A stretch of DNA of 64,000 nt from assembly GCA_964247055.1 (NCBI GenBank), contig OZ176057.1:124001-188000 (forward strand), written 5' to 3'. Origin of the DNA: Paragordius varius. Taxonomy: Eukaryota; Animalia; Nematomorpha. The notes beneath the pieces were generated by a model, which was given only the letters and a program-made list of their open reading frames with translations, searched no databases and was not told the origin of the DNA. Within the stretch, counting starts at the first letter, position 1. Each line of letters begins with the position of its first letter. This document shows, one piece after another, positions 52,909 to 64,000 of the stretch. Made by a program: the position numbers and the translations under genes.

Positions 52909-53826
52909 GTTTGTTTCTTATATAGTAAGAATTATGGTCTGATAATAAACATTTATTAAACAAATTTCTGGTAATTAGCAATTTACATATACAAAAATTT
53001 AGGAATTTAAAGGCAGATCATTGATATATTTATCAATTCTATTACAGACCTTTAAAACGGTGGACATATTATATGAAATATTATATTTATATTAATATTT
53101 TTCATATCATTTGCATTTCATTTGACAAAGTTTGTTTTATAGAAAAAATTACAATTATAGAAACATAAAAACAAAAAAAATTGAAGACAACCATCGTTTA
53201 CTCAACCTTATTTTCAGCTTTATAACTGATTAATTAAAATTATTAAACATATGATTGATTGTGTTACAAATTTTTATCTCTATTTCCATACTTCTAAATG
53301 GGTTATAATTTAAAAAAGCAACAAGTTTAAAAAGTACAGCAGTCATTTTAAATAAAATATTTGTCAAATATGTTTACCATTTGTCTGTGTAATATGCATT
53401 TTCATTGTTTATCATATTTTACAGACCTAAACTTTTCTTATCTAAACTACTTAATTTATATTGCTTGAGTTACATATTTATTTACCAAAAAATACAATTA
53501 AATAAATTAAGTATTATCGCATGAACGCAAAAATTTGGTTTGGTGTATAATGGAGTTAATGACCTCAAACATTTACTGTTTTCGTAACCTTAGCATCCGA
53601 TTTATGATTCTCATTCAAAGTGAAAATTTGGGGAATAATTTTTTATTATTACACACCACGTGTAATAGAAAAAAGTGTTTTGCCAGAATATTTTTTCATA
53701 TACTTTGTGTGATGAAAAACCTAAATAGATAGTCAAAAGTATATTTGGGTTTATTTAGCAAAATCTATTAAAAATGAATTGTTTTGAAAAATATTTCAAA
53801 ACTTGTTAATCGCAGGTCTATACTTA

Positions 53827-54899
53827 CACTAGACAACAAATTTTAACTTTTTTTAACTGCCATTCTTGTAAATTTAAAATTTATTTCATTAAAGTACATA
53901 ATTAGTATATCTGAAAAGAAAATTGGTCCTGCATGCAAGAATTTTTTTATATTAGAGTTTATCGATAATTTTTGGCCCCGCTTTAACATTAAACTTGAAA
54001 TTTCGAAAATTAAAAGTTTTAGATATGACATGTATTTTATATCATTCGAAAGAGCGCAAAAAACTGCATCTTTTAAATGGTAGTAAGTCATTTAAATCAA
54101 TCGAATGTAAAAGTTATTTGGATTTAAATGGTCGAAATTTTCAATCCTTAAATAAATCAAGATTTTTCACAGACAAACTAATTTGTAAATCATATAAATT
54201 ATTTAAATATAATTATTAGTATTTAATTTAAGAAAAATGTTTGAAAAAGCTTTTGGTTTGCTTTTTTAAAAAAAATTATTATTATCATATTTTACCTAGT
54301 GGATACTAAAATGCATATTTATAACTGTAAATTTATTAAATAATGGCTATAAAAGATCAAAAAGACCTTAAAATTTGTTTTTATCTTTAAAATTTCGAAA
54401 TTATCAGCCCCGTAAAGAAAATAAATTAATATTGATGAGATGGTAATTTTTAAAAAACAAAAAAACTAAAATGGCTGTTATGAGTGACATAAAAGCAATA
54501 AAAAATGTTTTAATCAAAAAAACTTTCTTGTGTTATCTTTTTTGGACATTCATCACCATCTATACAAAGTTTTAGTTATTTTCATCCATAGTTTTAAAAA
54601 TATAATAATAAAAAAAATGCTCTCGCTTCGCGCGTTTGTCGCTCTTTGTGTCCAATATTAACTGTCGATGTAATACATATAAGTATGTATTTTATAGAGT
54701 TTTTATTACTCTTTCGAATGATATATTACAAAACATTTTTTAGTAAAATTTTGATAAAGAGGGCGCATAATCAAAAAAATCAAATTATACAAAATTCTTC
54801 CATCAAGTTATAATTTTTATTTCAGATTTACTGTTAGAATGATACCAAATATCAGAAATTGCAAAAAACTCGAGTGGCAGAAAAATTTGTTTTCCAGTG
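53827..54899 (-). mobile_element. Chapaev3/CMC-like non-autonomous element, copy C (inverted relative to B)
   Basis: Termini CACTAGACAACAAATTTT ... AAATTTGTTTTCCAGTG; flanks TTA/TAA; reverse complement is colinear with copy B. Confidence 0.8.
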
Positions 54900-55007
54900 T
54901 AATCAGTTATTAGAGTGAATATTTAGAATATATTTTGGTGTATAGATGTTAAGACACGGATAATCTAATTTAAGACACGGATAATCTAATTTACTTTATA
55001 TAAAGTA

Positions 55008-55960
55008 AAGTAAATTAGGTGTAGAAAAAATAAAATAATAATTTTTTTATTCATATATTATAATCGCAAATTAAATTTATATTGTTTCGATATGTTTTTT
55101 CGAAGGGTTTTCTAAAAATACCGTTTTGAGAGATGCAATTTTTTGATTAGGGATATCACCTCAGTGCCACTTAATTTATTAGTGTCCTTTATATCTTGAT
55201 GATAAAATCCAAATCAGTATCATCCATCATATCAAATAAATCGATATGAATGGTTGGAGATGAAGGTACGGGAAGGTCAATGGAATGATAAACAGGACGA
55301 ATTGCACAGGAAAAGTTTGTATATTCGAAAGGTTTTTTGCTTTTTTGGTAAGGTTAATAAGAAATGGTTTTCTGAACAAAAGTAACATTCAGAATGAGAT
55401 TTTGGCTCTCGCCATATCAAAGGGATACCCCAAGGGAGTCCAGGTCCGGTTTTGTGTTACCATGCTCCTAAACTAATGCTACATGACCGAGATACGGTGT
55501 TCTGGGCCCAAATCTAGGTTCCCCATAATATAAAAAAATATTTTTTATGTAAGTGGTAATGTTTATACTATAAGTTTTTTTGTGTATTGTCCACATATAT
55601 GGCAAACAATATTTTTATCAATCCTAATATTATAAATATATATACTTGGTTATTAATTATATTTTTTGTACATTTTGGGTATATAATAATATTTCTTGAT
55701 GAAAAAACTGATATGTAGTATATTTAAGTGTGGGAAATATTTAAAAATATCATATGAAATAAAGAATATATTATATGCACTGAGTAAAATTAGCTTTTTT
55801 TACATAAAAAAACAGCAAAAAAGATGTAAAAATTAAATTTATTTTTAAAATAAAAGTTCACAAAGCTATTACAAAGTGATATTTATACTTAAACAAACAT
55901 CATTAACATCCAAGAACATATAATAAAGTTTGTTTTGATTTAATAAATTAATAAAAAATA
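55008..55960 (+). repeat. 953-bp direct repeat, copy 1 (copy 2 at 58782-59734)
   Basis: Same length, offset 3774 bp, no difference seen on manual comparison; the copies directly abut the retroelement on both sides. Confidence 0.95.
55183..55620 (-). pseudogene. Chapaev3-like transposase N-terminal relic (duplicated at 58957-59394); candidate element terminus ...TGTGTCACAGTG|TAA at 60064
   Basis: Minus-strand fragments IVCHICGQY, WAQNTVSRSC..LGAW, LPWGIPLIWREPKSHSECYFC and CAIRPVYHSIDLPVPSSP match recalled Chapaev3 motifs (FCYICGEY, WAPH.C..C, PMVWREP.NH..DCYFC, SAIRPVPH...LPVP). Confidence 0.78.
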
Positions 55961-58675
55961 CCCCCATCACTGGACCAGCCGATCCCCAACAACAGGAGCT
56001 TACTAAAACTTGACTCCAACGCACTAATACAAAAAATCTGCGAAATTCATAACACCCCAGATGAATGGAATAATTTTGAAACAATCTTAGCCGAAATAAC
56101 GATACCATGTCCAGACCCTTCATCACATCCCCGCGGAGATATTCCCCGCAAACCTAACTACATACAGAACGTCTATAAGTTTAACCGCAAGAAAGCCATC
56201 CGACTAATCGTAGAAGGACCCCCCAAATACTGCAATATCGACAGTGAAACGATTGAAAATTATTACATAAACAAAATTGGTAACACCCCGCCACTGGTTT
56301 TAGAACCAGTCACATTTGAGGGAGAAGAATTATTCGAGCTAGAGCCATTTTCTCATTGTGAAATAAAAAAGAAATTATACAAGATGAATAACTCGTCCCC
56401 TGGTAATGATGGTATCACTTACAACACGTGGAAAAGATTAGACCCACACTGCCTCCTCCTGGAGAAAATTTTCAACACGTGCATCAAATTTGGCAAGATC
56501 CCCTCGCATTGGAAAACCACAAAATCTATTCTAATCCCAAAGAAAAATTCTGACCTTTCTATTATCAAAAACTGGCGTCCAATAGCCTTGTGCAACACAA
56601 TATATAAAATATTTACGGCATTATTATCGGATAGAATCAATAATTACGCAAAACTTAACAACATATTTGACCCAGCACAGAAAGGTTTTATGCCATACGA
56701 CGGATGCCTAGAACATAACTTCACAATCAGTTCCCGCATAAGGCATAGTAAAACACATAAAACACCTCTATTTATAACATGGCTGGACATCTCGGCCGCC
56801 TTTGATTCTGTTCCTCACAAATGTATTTCCGACTGCCTCCAGAAAATTGGCCTTAGTAGTAGTTTTACCAACCTTATCAGCGATATCTATAAAAACGCTG
56901 CTACCTCTTTCATGACTGGCAATGGTCACACCAAGCTAATAAATTTCAACTCTGGCATCAAACAAGGGTGCCCACTATCCGGCACCCTGTTCAACCTCGT
57001 CATCAATGACACCCTGAAGTTCCTTAGATTAGACGGCCACGATGCGTTAGCATACGCTGACGACATATGCCTGATATCGATAGAACACCACAATCACCAA
57101 CGCGCCATAAATTCAGTACAACAGTCACTGAGCAAGATTGGACTTCTTCTTAACCCACAAAAGTGTAATTCGCTCATCAGCCACAGCGATCAGACCCCAT
57201 TCATAATAGACAGCTTGCCAATCAACATAATAAATGAAGCCGACACAATCAATTTCCTTGGCAACCCAGTCGGCCTCCACTTTTACAAACAAATCCCTAA
57301 CTGCGATTTAGTCGATAAAATCCAACAATCCAGTCTGAATCCCGCTCAAAAACTTGACGCAATAAAAACATTTTTCTACCCTACCCTTACACACATGCTC
57401 AGGCATAACCAGCTTAATTATAATATTAGCAACACAATCGATTACAAAATATGTAAAGCAGTAAAACAAATCCTCGCAATCCCAAAAAGTGCGGCCAATA
57501 GTTACCTATTTGGTTCTCGCAGCAAAGGAGCATTAGGGCTTCCATTAACAAAAGATGACATGAACATCTTCCGGATTGACTCGGCCTTCAAATTACTAAC
57601 CAGCAACGACGAAGTGGTCCGGAACACCGCTGTTCATGAACTAAGTAAAACCGCAGGTAAGAGATTCAAACTCAACTCTCCGTCACATAGCGAGCTTGCT
57701 TCATTTCTATCAGGGGACAACCCACCCGACTCCATCAACAGAAACAATGGGTTCGACAATGTATGGACCAAAGCCCGAATGGCTTCCAGAAGCCTCAAGG
57801 TCAGTTGGTCACTCGACCCAACGCCCTCAGTAGCGTTTAACAACATTACAATCGATATAAAGAATCGACACAATGTAGTATCGCTCCTGCGCAAGTGGAA
57901 AAGAGATCATATCGACCGTGATCTTGAACACACGGCCTCGCAAGGAAAGGTAATGCAGTGTGTCGCACAACACAAAGCATCACATTTCTTCCTATACAAC
58001 TTCCGAAACCTAAGATACAGGGACTGGAAGTTCATACACAAAGCAAGGCTTAACCTCCTACCCACAAAAAGCCAAAGGTTTGCCAATTCATATGATCGAA
58101 ACTGCCGGAGATGCAACGAGCCCAACGAATCCACAGGCCATATTCTTGGGTTCTGTGCCAACAGCAGCCGCTTAATTAACTTGCGGCACGATAATATAGT
58201 ACGTCACATCAAAGAAAACCTCCCATCCAATGCACGACTCATAGCCGAAAATCAAGCACTGGACTCGTCAAGACTTCGACCCGACCTCGTAGTGGCAGTT
58301 GGCAACAAGTGCATCATCATCGATCCAACTGTTACCTACGAGAACGGGCCTAACGCCCTAGACGAAGCACACAATATTAAGATAGAGAAGTATCGTCACC
58401 TCACAGTCTCACTTTCCGGCCAATTTGACGAGGTGTACATCATCCCAATCGTCGTGGGCGCACTTGGGTCATGGCATTACAAAAATGAACGACTATTTGA
58501 AAATATAAACATGAAAAATAAGTCCGAGATGAGAAAGGATATAGTTATCGACACTATTAAATTCTCCTCTGACATATTCTTTGAATTCACTAGTGGGAGA
58601 AACTATATCCCCTCTCTCTCGGAGACACCTACCTCCAACTTCATCCGGTCCAACAGCGAACCCGAAACACAATAA
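55961..58675 (+). CDS. RT + CCHC zinc knuckle + restriction-like endonuclease; frame open from 55961 (first Met at 56384)
   Basis: Motifs SSPGNDGI, WRPIAL, QKGF..DGC.EH, WLDISAAFDSV, GIKQGCPLS, YADD, KLDAIKTFFYP, IDSAFKLLTS, CRRC..NESTGHILGFC, RHD, RPDLV..IIDPTV..K..KY and VGALGSW. Confidence 0.93.
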   Translation, partial: PPSLDQPIPNNRSLLKLDSNALIQKICEIHNTPDEWNNFETILAEITIPCPDPSSHPRGDIPRKPNYIQNVYKFNRKKAIRLIVEGPPKYCNIDSETIENYYINKIGNTPPLVLEPVTFEGEELFELEPFSHCEIKKKLYKMNNSSPGNDGITYNTWKRLDPHCLLLEKIFNTCIKFGKIPSHWKTTKSILIPKKNSDLSIIKNWRPIALCNTIYKIFTALLSDRINNYAKLNNIFDPAQKGFMPYDGCLEHNFTISSRIRHSKTHKTPLFITWLDISAAFDSVPHKCISDCLQKIGLSSSFTNLISDIYKNAATSFMTGNGHTKLINFNSGIKQGCPLSGTLFNLVINDTLKFLRLDGHDALAYADDICLISIEHHNHQRAINSVQQSLSKIGLLLNPQKCNSLISHSDQTPFIIDSLPINIINEADTINFLGNPVGLHFYKQIPNCDLVDKIQQSSLNPAQKLDAIKTFFYPTLTHMLRHNQLNYNISNTIDYKICKAVKQILAIPKSAANSYLFGSRSKGALGLPLTKDDMNIFRIDSAFKLLTSNDEVVRNTAVHELSKTAGKRFKLNSPSHSELASFLSGDNPPDSINRNNGFDNVWTKARMASRSLKVSWSLDPTPSVAFNNITIDIKNRHNVVSLLRKWKRDHIDRDLEHTASQGKVMQCVAQHKASHFFLYNFRNLRYRDWKFIHKARLNLLPTKSQRFANSYDRNCRRCNEPNESTGHILGFCANSSRLINLRHDNIVRHIKENLPSNARLIAENQALDSSRLRPDLVVAVGNKCIIIDPTVTYENGPNALDEAHNIKIEKYRHLTVSLSGQFDEVYIIPIVVGALGSWHYKNERLFENINMKNKSEMRKDIVIDTIKFSSDIFFEFTSGRNYIPSLSETPTSNFIRSNSEPETQ

Positions 58676-58781
58676 TTGTCAATATTCCTATTTCTATATT
58701 TAATTCTAATGTGATCCTATATTTATATTTTTTTCAGCATTGTTTTTCTATATCCATTACATATATTTTTTTTACTAAAAT
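55961..58781 (+). mobile_element. 5'-truncated RLE-type non-LTR retrotransposon (R2 group, NeSL/Utopia-like)
   Basis: C-rich segment with one long ORF and a ~100-bp AT-rich 3' UTR; the frame is open right up to the 5' junction. Confidence 0.9.
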
Positions 58782-59734
58782 AAGTAAATTAGGTGTAGAA
58801 AAAATAAAATAATAATTTTTTTATTCATATATTATAATCGCAAATTAAATTTATATTGTTTCGATATGTTTTTTCGAAGGGTTTTCTAAAAATACCGTTT
58901 TGAGAGATGCAATTTTTTGATTAGGGATATCACCTCAGTGCCACTTAATTTATTAGTGTCCTTTATATCTTGATGATAAAATCCAAATCAGTATCATCCA
59001 TCATATCAAATAAATCGATATGAATGGTTGGAGATGAAGGTACGGGAAGGTCAATGGAATGATAAACAGGACGAATTGCACAGGAAAAGTTTGTATATTC
59101 GAAAGGTTTTTTGCTTTTTTGGTAAGGTTAATAAGAAATGGTTTTCTGAACAAAAGTAACATTCAGAATGAGATTTTGGCTCTCGCCATATCAAAGGGAT
59201 ACCCCAAGGGAGTCCAGGTCCGGTTTTGTGTTACCATGCTCCTAAACTAATGCTACATGACCGAGATACGGTGTTCTGGGCCCAAATCTAGGTTCCCCAT
59301 AATATAAAAAAATATTTTTTATGTAAGTGGTAATGTTTATACTATAAGTTTTTTTGTGTATTGTCCACATATATGGCAAACAATATTTTTATCAATCCTA
59401 ATATTATAAATATATATACTTGGTTATTAATTATATTTTTTGTACATTTTGGGTATATAATAATATTTCTTGATGAAAAAACTGATATGTAGTATATTTA
59501 AGTGTGGGAAATATTTAAAAATATCATATGAAATAAAGAATATATTATATGCACTGAGTAAAATTAGCTTTTTTTACATAAAAAAACAGCAAAAAAGATG
59601 TAAAAATTAAATTTATTTTTAAAATAAAAGTTCACAAAGCTATTACAAAGTGATATTTATACTTAAACAAACATCATTAACATCCAAGAACATATAATAA
59701 AGTTTGTTTTGATTTAATAAATTAATAAAAAATA
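58782..59734 (+). repeat. 953-bp direct repeat, copy 2
   Basis: Starts AAGTAAATTAGGTGTAG and ends AATTAATAAAAAATA, as does copy 1. Confidence 0.95.
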
Positions 59735-60806
59735 GTGTGAAAAAATGTTAAGTTACCCAATTTTTGAGGGTTTTTGCCCCCTAAAACTAAATGTATTAGA
59801 TATTTTGAGTAAATTTTTTTTTATTTTAAAGATAAATTGGTAATTTCTTGTAAAAATACTTATGTAAGCCACATATTATTTGTTTACATAGCGAAAAATA
59901 TTTACAAACAAGAAAATTTTGGATATGTCCAAATATGGAAAAAGTCCCATATCTCGAAAACGAGCTGGGTAAGTAAAAAAAATTTTACGCAAATCTGATC
60001 ACAATACTATAAGGAATCAGAAAATATTTAGAAAATCTAGTCCAGAAAAAGCTGTGTCACAGTGTAATTACTATAGGCTAAATAAAGAGTATTAAATACA
60101 GATATTATTAAAATATATTAAAATGATTAAATTGTTAATTAAAAAATTTGTCTGGATAATTACATATTTTACTGTAATTTCATAATTAAAACAAATTATA
60201 TTATTGATTTGAGATAACCCCGTCCTAAGAACCAATTTTTTTTAAAAACGACCTTAAATTTGTTAAGTGGATGTTGCCCACAAAAGGGTTATCGTGCAGT
60301 TAAAGTTATCGGTGAGTTTTATTATTACCTTTGTTTTCTTATTTATATGATGAGGAATACAACCGTCATGATAATAGAAATTCGGATGAAGACAGGAAAT
60401 CTGAATCAGATCTAACTATAAACGATGAAAATGTTGCCGAATTCGATGATGTTCGTGAAAGAGATATACGAAATAAAAAAGATATTTAAAAATATATGCA
60501 AACCTATGTTCTGTCATACCATTAATAAATATTTTAATTTACTTGATTGTAAATAATATTTAATAAAAATTTTGCTTCGAACTTGGATTCTTATGTTAAA
60601 TTTTTCAGTATATAAAACTATTAAATCATTCCTGCTCTTCATATTGCCACTCATACCATTCACAAAATTAGTGATAAAGAAAAAAATTCTGATAAAATAT
60701 AGATTATCACAGATTTTTTATTAAGAATGATTTGTGAAACAATATTTATAAAAAGCGTATTAAATAACAACATCTGCATAAATGACAATTATGATTTAAT
60801 ACACAG

Positions 60807-61698
60807 AACGAGATATTACTAACGGGGTCAACATATTTGAATAAGGCGTGTAAAAAGTAATGAATATATATGTGTGTATGTATGTACAAAGTAGGTTTAA
60901 GTATGAAATGTATAATCATTGTAAAGATACCTTTCAAAGTATGGTGGTCGATATTAAGGAATGGTGTAAATAAGGGGATAGGTTTTAGGAAAATGTGGTA
61001 CATTCAATAATTGTTTTTGAAAACAGAAAGCATAAATTTATTTAAACTTAAATTCTGAAAATGTAATTGGACCCTCTAAATTGGGCTAATTTATTTAAAG
61101 CCGAGGAAAAAAGCCGGCCATAAGAATGTTTATACAATATTATAACAATATTAAAAACATACAGTGAAAACCTAAATTATACGGACAAAAGTGAAAATAA
61201 AACAATTATTTTTTTCTACAACCATACTTTTTAAATCTTGACTTATTTCAATATAACTCATTGTTTTAAATGGCAAAGTATGAAATAGAGATATATATTA
61301 CTAACACAATCAATACAATTACATTATTTAAATAGCTTATATGGGAAACATTAAGGTTGTAAAAAGCATGGTTGTCTTTTAGAAAAAAATATTTGTCTTT
61401 ATATTTTTACGTTTTGTCCGCATAATTTCATTTTTCACAAAATGAAAATTAAATAACCTCACGATCAGCATCATTCATATATTAGAGTATTTTTATCAAA
61501 AAGTTTTATACCGATTCCATCATGCCGAAATATAGTAGAAAATACGCTTGCAATTTTGCTAAAAGTATGTATTTTTTTATAATTTTTTTTATAGAATATT
61601 TTACTTCAATATTTTATGGCGCAATCCCGGGGATTTGGCGTCTAGAAGCACTAGCTTATTTTAGAAGAAAGAAAAAATGGGACGCAGTCAACATCTAA
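60807..61698 (+). CDS. Putative last three exons of an unidentified gene (60807-60856, 61488-61564, 61595-61698)
   Basis: AG/GT-bounded, phase-compatible segments give NEILLTGSTYLNKACKNIFIKKFYTDSIMPKYSRKYACNFAKKYFTSIFYGAIPGIWRLEALAYFRRKKKWDAVNI*; no family recognised. Confidence 0.4.
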
Positions 61699-62205
61699 AA
61701 AATTATTATAAATATATAGTTTTGCCTTTATAGGTAGTTTATGATATATTTAATGTTTTTTTGGAATAAGCAAATCAGTATTCATTAAAAGTCTCATTAC
61801 AAATTAATTGCTTAAATTTTGCCATTTCCACCACAAAAATATAAATAACTTTCTTATATCACTCATAAGGTCAAAACCATAAGCACATTATAATGATACC
61901 TCTTTCTATCAGAATAAATTATTCTTTGTACTTTATTACAATCGTAAAATATTTATTTTAAATATGTTTAATGATGAGTTTAAAAAGTATAGCAGCCTTA
62001 TATTAAATTTATTTGTATTTTGTCATAATTTTAACTGTTACTTGGACAATACTACCTTATAGTCCCTATACATAAGGATCATCTTAAAAAAAATACGACA
62101 ATAATAGAACTTTATTTTGTTCGAAAAACTCATTTTTGCTTTAAAAACTAGGCTATTTTAATTTTTAGTTTTAGCATATGATTTACTATAAAAAATTCGT
62201 TTCGA

Positions 62206-63682
62206 ATGTGTTTAAAATTATTTTACTGCATGTCTCAAAAATTTAACACGGGAGGTATGAAGAATGTCTGCACTTTTAACATAATCGATAAAAATTTAGG
62301 TATATCTAAAATTATTGTAGGAATTTATGCAATTGAATTAAACAGACCAACTGTAAAAAATGCCTTAAACTTAGAAATGCTCGATTTAGTACTGCTAATT
62401 TAATCCATTTCATCTCAAATAAAGCTAATATTAAATATGTAGTTTTATTAGTTTGAAGATATATTATATAATATAGCTGTCGAATCACGTTGAAACCGCT
62501 TCAAAGGAAACTAATTGTCATGCAATCATCTTACGTAGCCTTGTTCCCGGTGTTTTTTGCTCAGGTCTTTTTCCCATTAATAAAATTTAATTTTTAAGAA
62601 AAAAGAACTTATTTAATATTGGCTCTACTTTTTCTACCTAGTAGACTTCTTTTTAAGCTTTTGCAGATTTTATTTGGATCAGTAAACCACGAACAAGGAA
62701 TAATTTTAGATGATGAATTTTGTGAAAATTTGTTTTGATTATTTAATGATAGCTGTGGACGAGTATTAACCTTATTTTTTATTTAAATTTGTTTTATTTG
62801 AATATTACAATGACAATTATTTTTTGGATTAGTTGTAGATAGGGAATTGTTTTTTAAGTTCAAGGTGCTGGCTGGCCTTGTTGGAAACACATGTTGAAAA
62901 TTTCTTACGAATTATTTTTAAATTTTTCCATTTTTATCTGGGAATTTTATTCTAAATATAAGTGTAACATAATCAGATACTGTGAATGATTTGCAATCTC
63001 CACATCTAATAAGATGTTCATTTACTTTTATTGTTAGAAAGCTGATTCTTAAACGATATTTTTGTCTTAATAGAAACCAGAATGAGGATATTCGTAGCCA
63101 TCATTAAAAATTCAAATTTACTGGTTATATAAATATTATGCTTTTGTTAATAAAATATTGATTTTTTTCAACTTGGTTATTTCTATATTGATTGTTATTT
63201 GTAGCAATATAATATTTTGATTACTTTTTAGGGGCAGATCTTAAAGAAAGAATATCTATGCCAATAGAACGGGTCGGAGATCATGTTCAAAAAATGCGCA
63301 ATCTTTTCCAACGTTTCTATCGACTTCCTCAATTAACCATTGCGGCTTTAGATGGTTCAGCTTTTGGTGGGGGTTTAGAATTGGCCCTATCAGCTGATAT
63401 GAGAATAACCAGTATTTAATATACTTTTTATTTATTGTAAAGAGAGAATGTTAAATAAATCGGTTAAAAAACGACCATTTTTATCCTTTACTTATAGTTT
63501 TTGCAAAAAAGAAAAACTCTATCGCATATTTTAACATAAATCATAAAGGTTATCTTTAATATCTTATTAGAATTTTTAATTTTTACAGTATAGAAACTTA
63601 AACGTTTTAATATATATCACTTTAGCTGACACTTCTAAGCTTGGTTTAGTTGAAACGAAATTAGGCATCATTCCTGGAGCTG
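62206..63682 (+). CDS. AUH: AUH-like enoyl-CoA hydratase copy 2, 5' part (exons 62206-~62388, 62477-62564, 63232-63411, 63626-63682); continues beyond the window
   Basis: Exons nearly identical to copy 1; introns homologous but lacking the RTE insertion; paralogy begins at 62034 (equivalent to 21148). Confidence 0.88.
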
Positions 63683-64000
63683 GTATAGAACGAAGAATTT
63701 AATAATTAAATTTATATATAAATTTTAATATTATCATTTAGGTTCATTTAGTTCAAATGTTACTAAATTTTTGCGCTTAGTAAAGCCTTTAGCAGAGTGC
63801 TTTTCAACGCGAATAATTTGGAGAATTTAATTAAATAATAAAACTTAAAACAAATCGTAGAATTTCTGGTGCGAATTATCATAATTTGAATATGGAAAAA
63901 ATATTTTAAAAATGGAGAAAGGATCTCATTGATTGAAAGTATAATATAAAATATTTTACATTTCATCTTGGATTTTTTTGAGGGGCGCAACAATTTTAAT

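Noticed and set aside
54950-54992. 21-bp tandem duplication TAAGACACGGATAATCTAATT x2 as an element terminus or TSD
   Set aside because: It lies 15 bp outside the 953-bp repeat with no matching partner elsewhere; probably local slippage.
55285-55476. ORF MINRTNCTG...KGYPKGVQV (and its duplicate 59059-59250) as the next aminopeptidase exon
   Set aside because: The GYP resemblance is superficial; the opposite strand carries clear Chapaev3 transposase motifs.
60215-60830. piggyBac relic (acidic stretch at ~60335-60490; ACCCCGT/ACGGGGT inverted 7-mers)
   Set aside because: No TTAA TSD, the inverted match is too short, and no transposase motifs were found.

Overview
Very AT-rich, intron-containing animal (invertebrate-like) genomic DNA; not prokaryotic, and no CRISPR or rRNA/tRNA genes were found. 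Host genes: a cluster of insect-laccase-type multicopper oxidases (A1 at <1-3202, intact in all visible exons; psiA2 at 13542-18401 and convergent psiB at 18923-21105, both disabled), two copies of an AUH-like enoyl-CoA hydratase (21344-28241 and 62206->64000), an M1 zinc aminopeptidase that appears 3'-truncated (44335-52908), and three exons of an unidentified gene (60807-61698). The window is a patchwork of segmental duplications around a ~170-bp satellite (11-kb array at 28966-40129, small array at 3748-4645), and both arrays end in the same unique flank. Mobile DNA: a Blackjack-type hAT with perfect TIR/TSD that carries an inverted copy of its own transposase, a hAT MITE, three Chapaev3-like (CACT[A/G]) MITEs plus a Chapaev3 transposase relic, an RTE relic, a full-length RTE LINE with a PHD finger in its RT and a complete HDV-like ribozyme fold at its 5' end, and a 5'-truncated NeSL/Utopia-like RLE retrotransposon. 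The most unusual observation is that this last element is flanked by apparently identical 953-bp direct repeats. All calls come from manual reading and motif recognition; no alignments or database searches were run.
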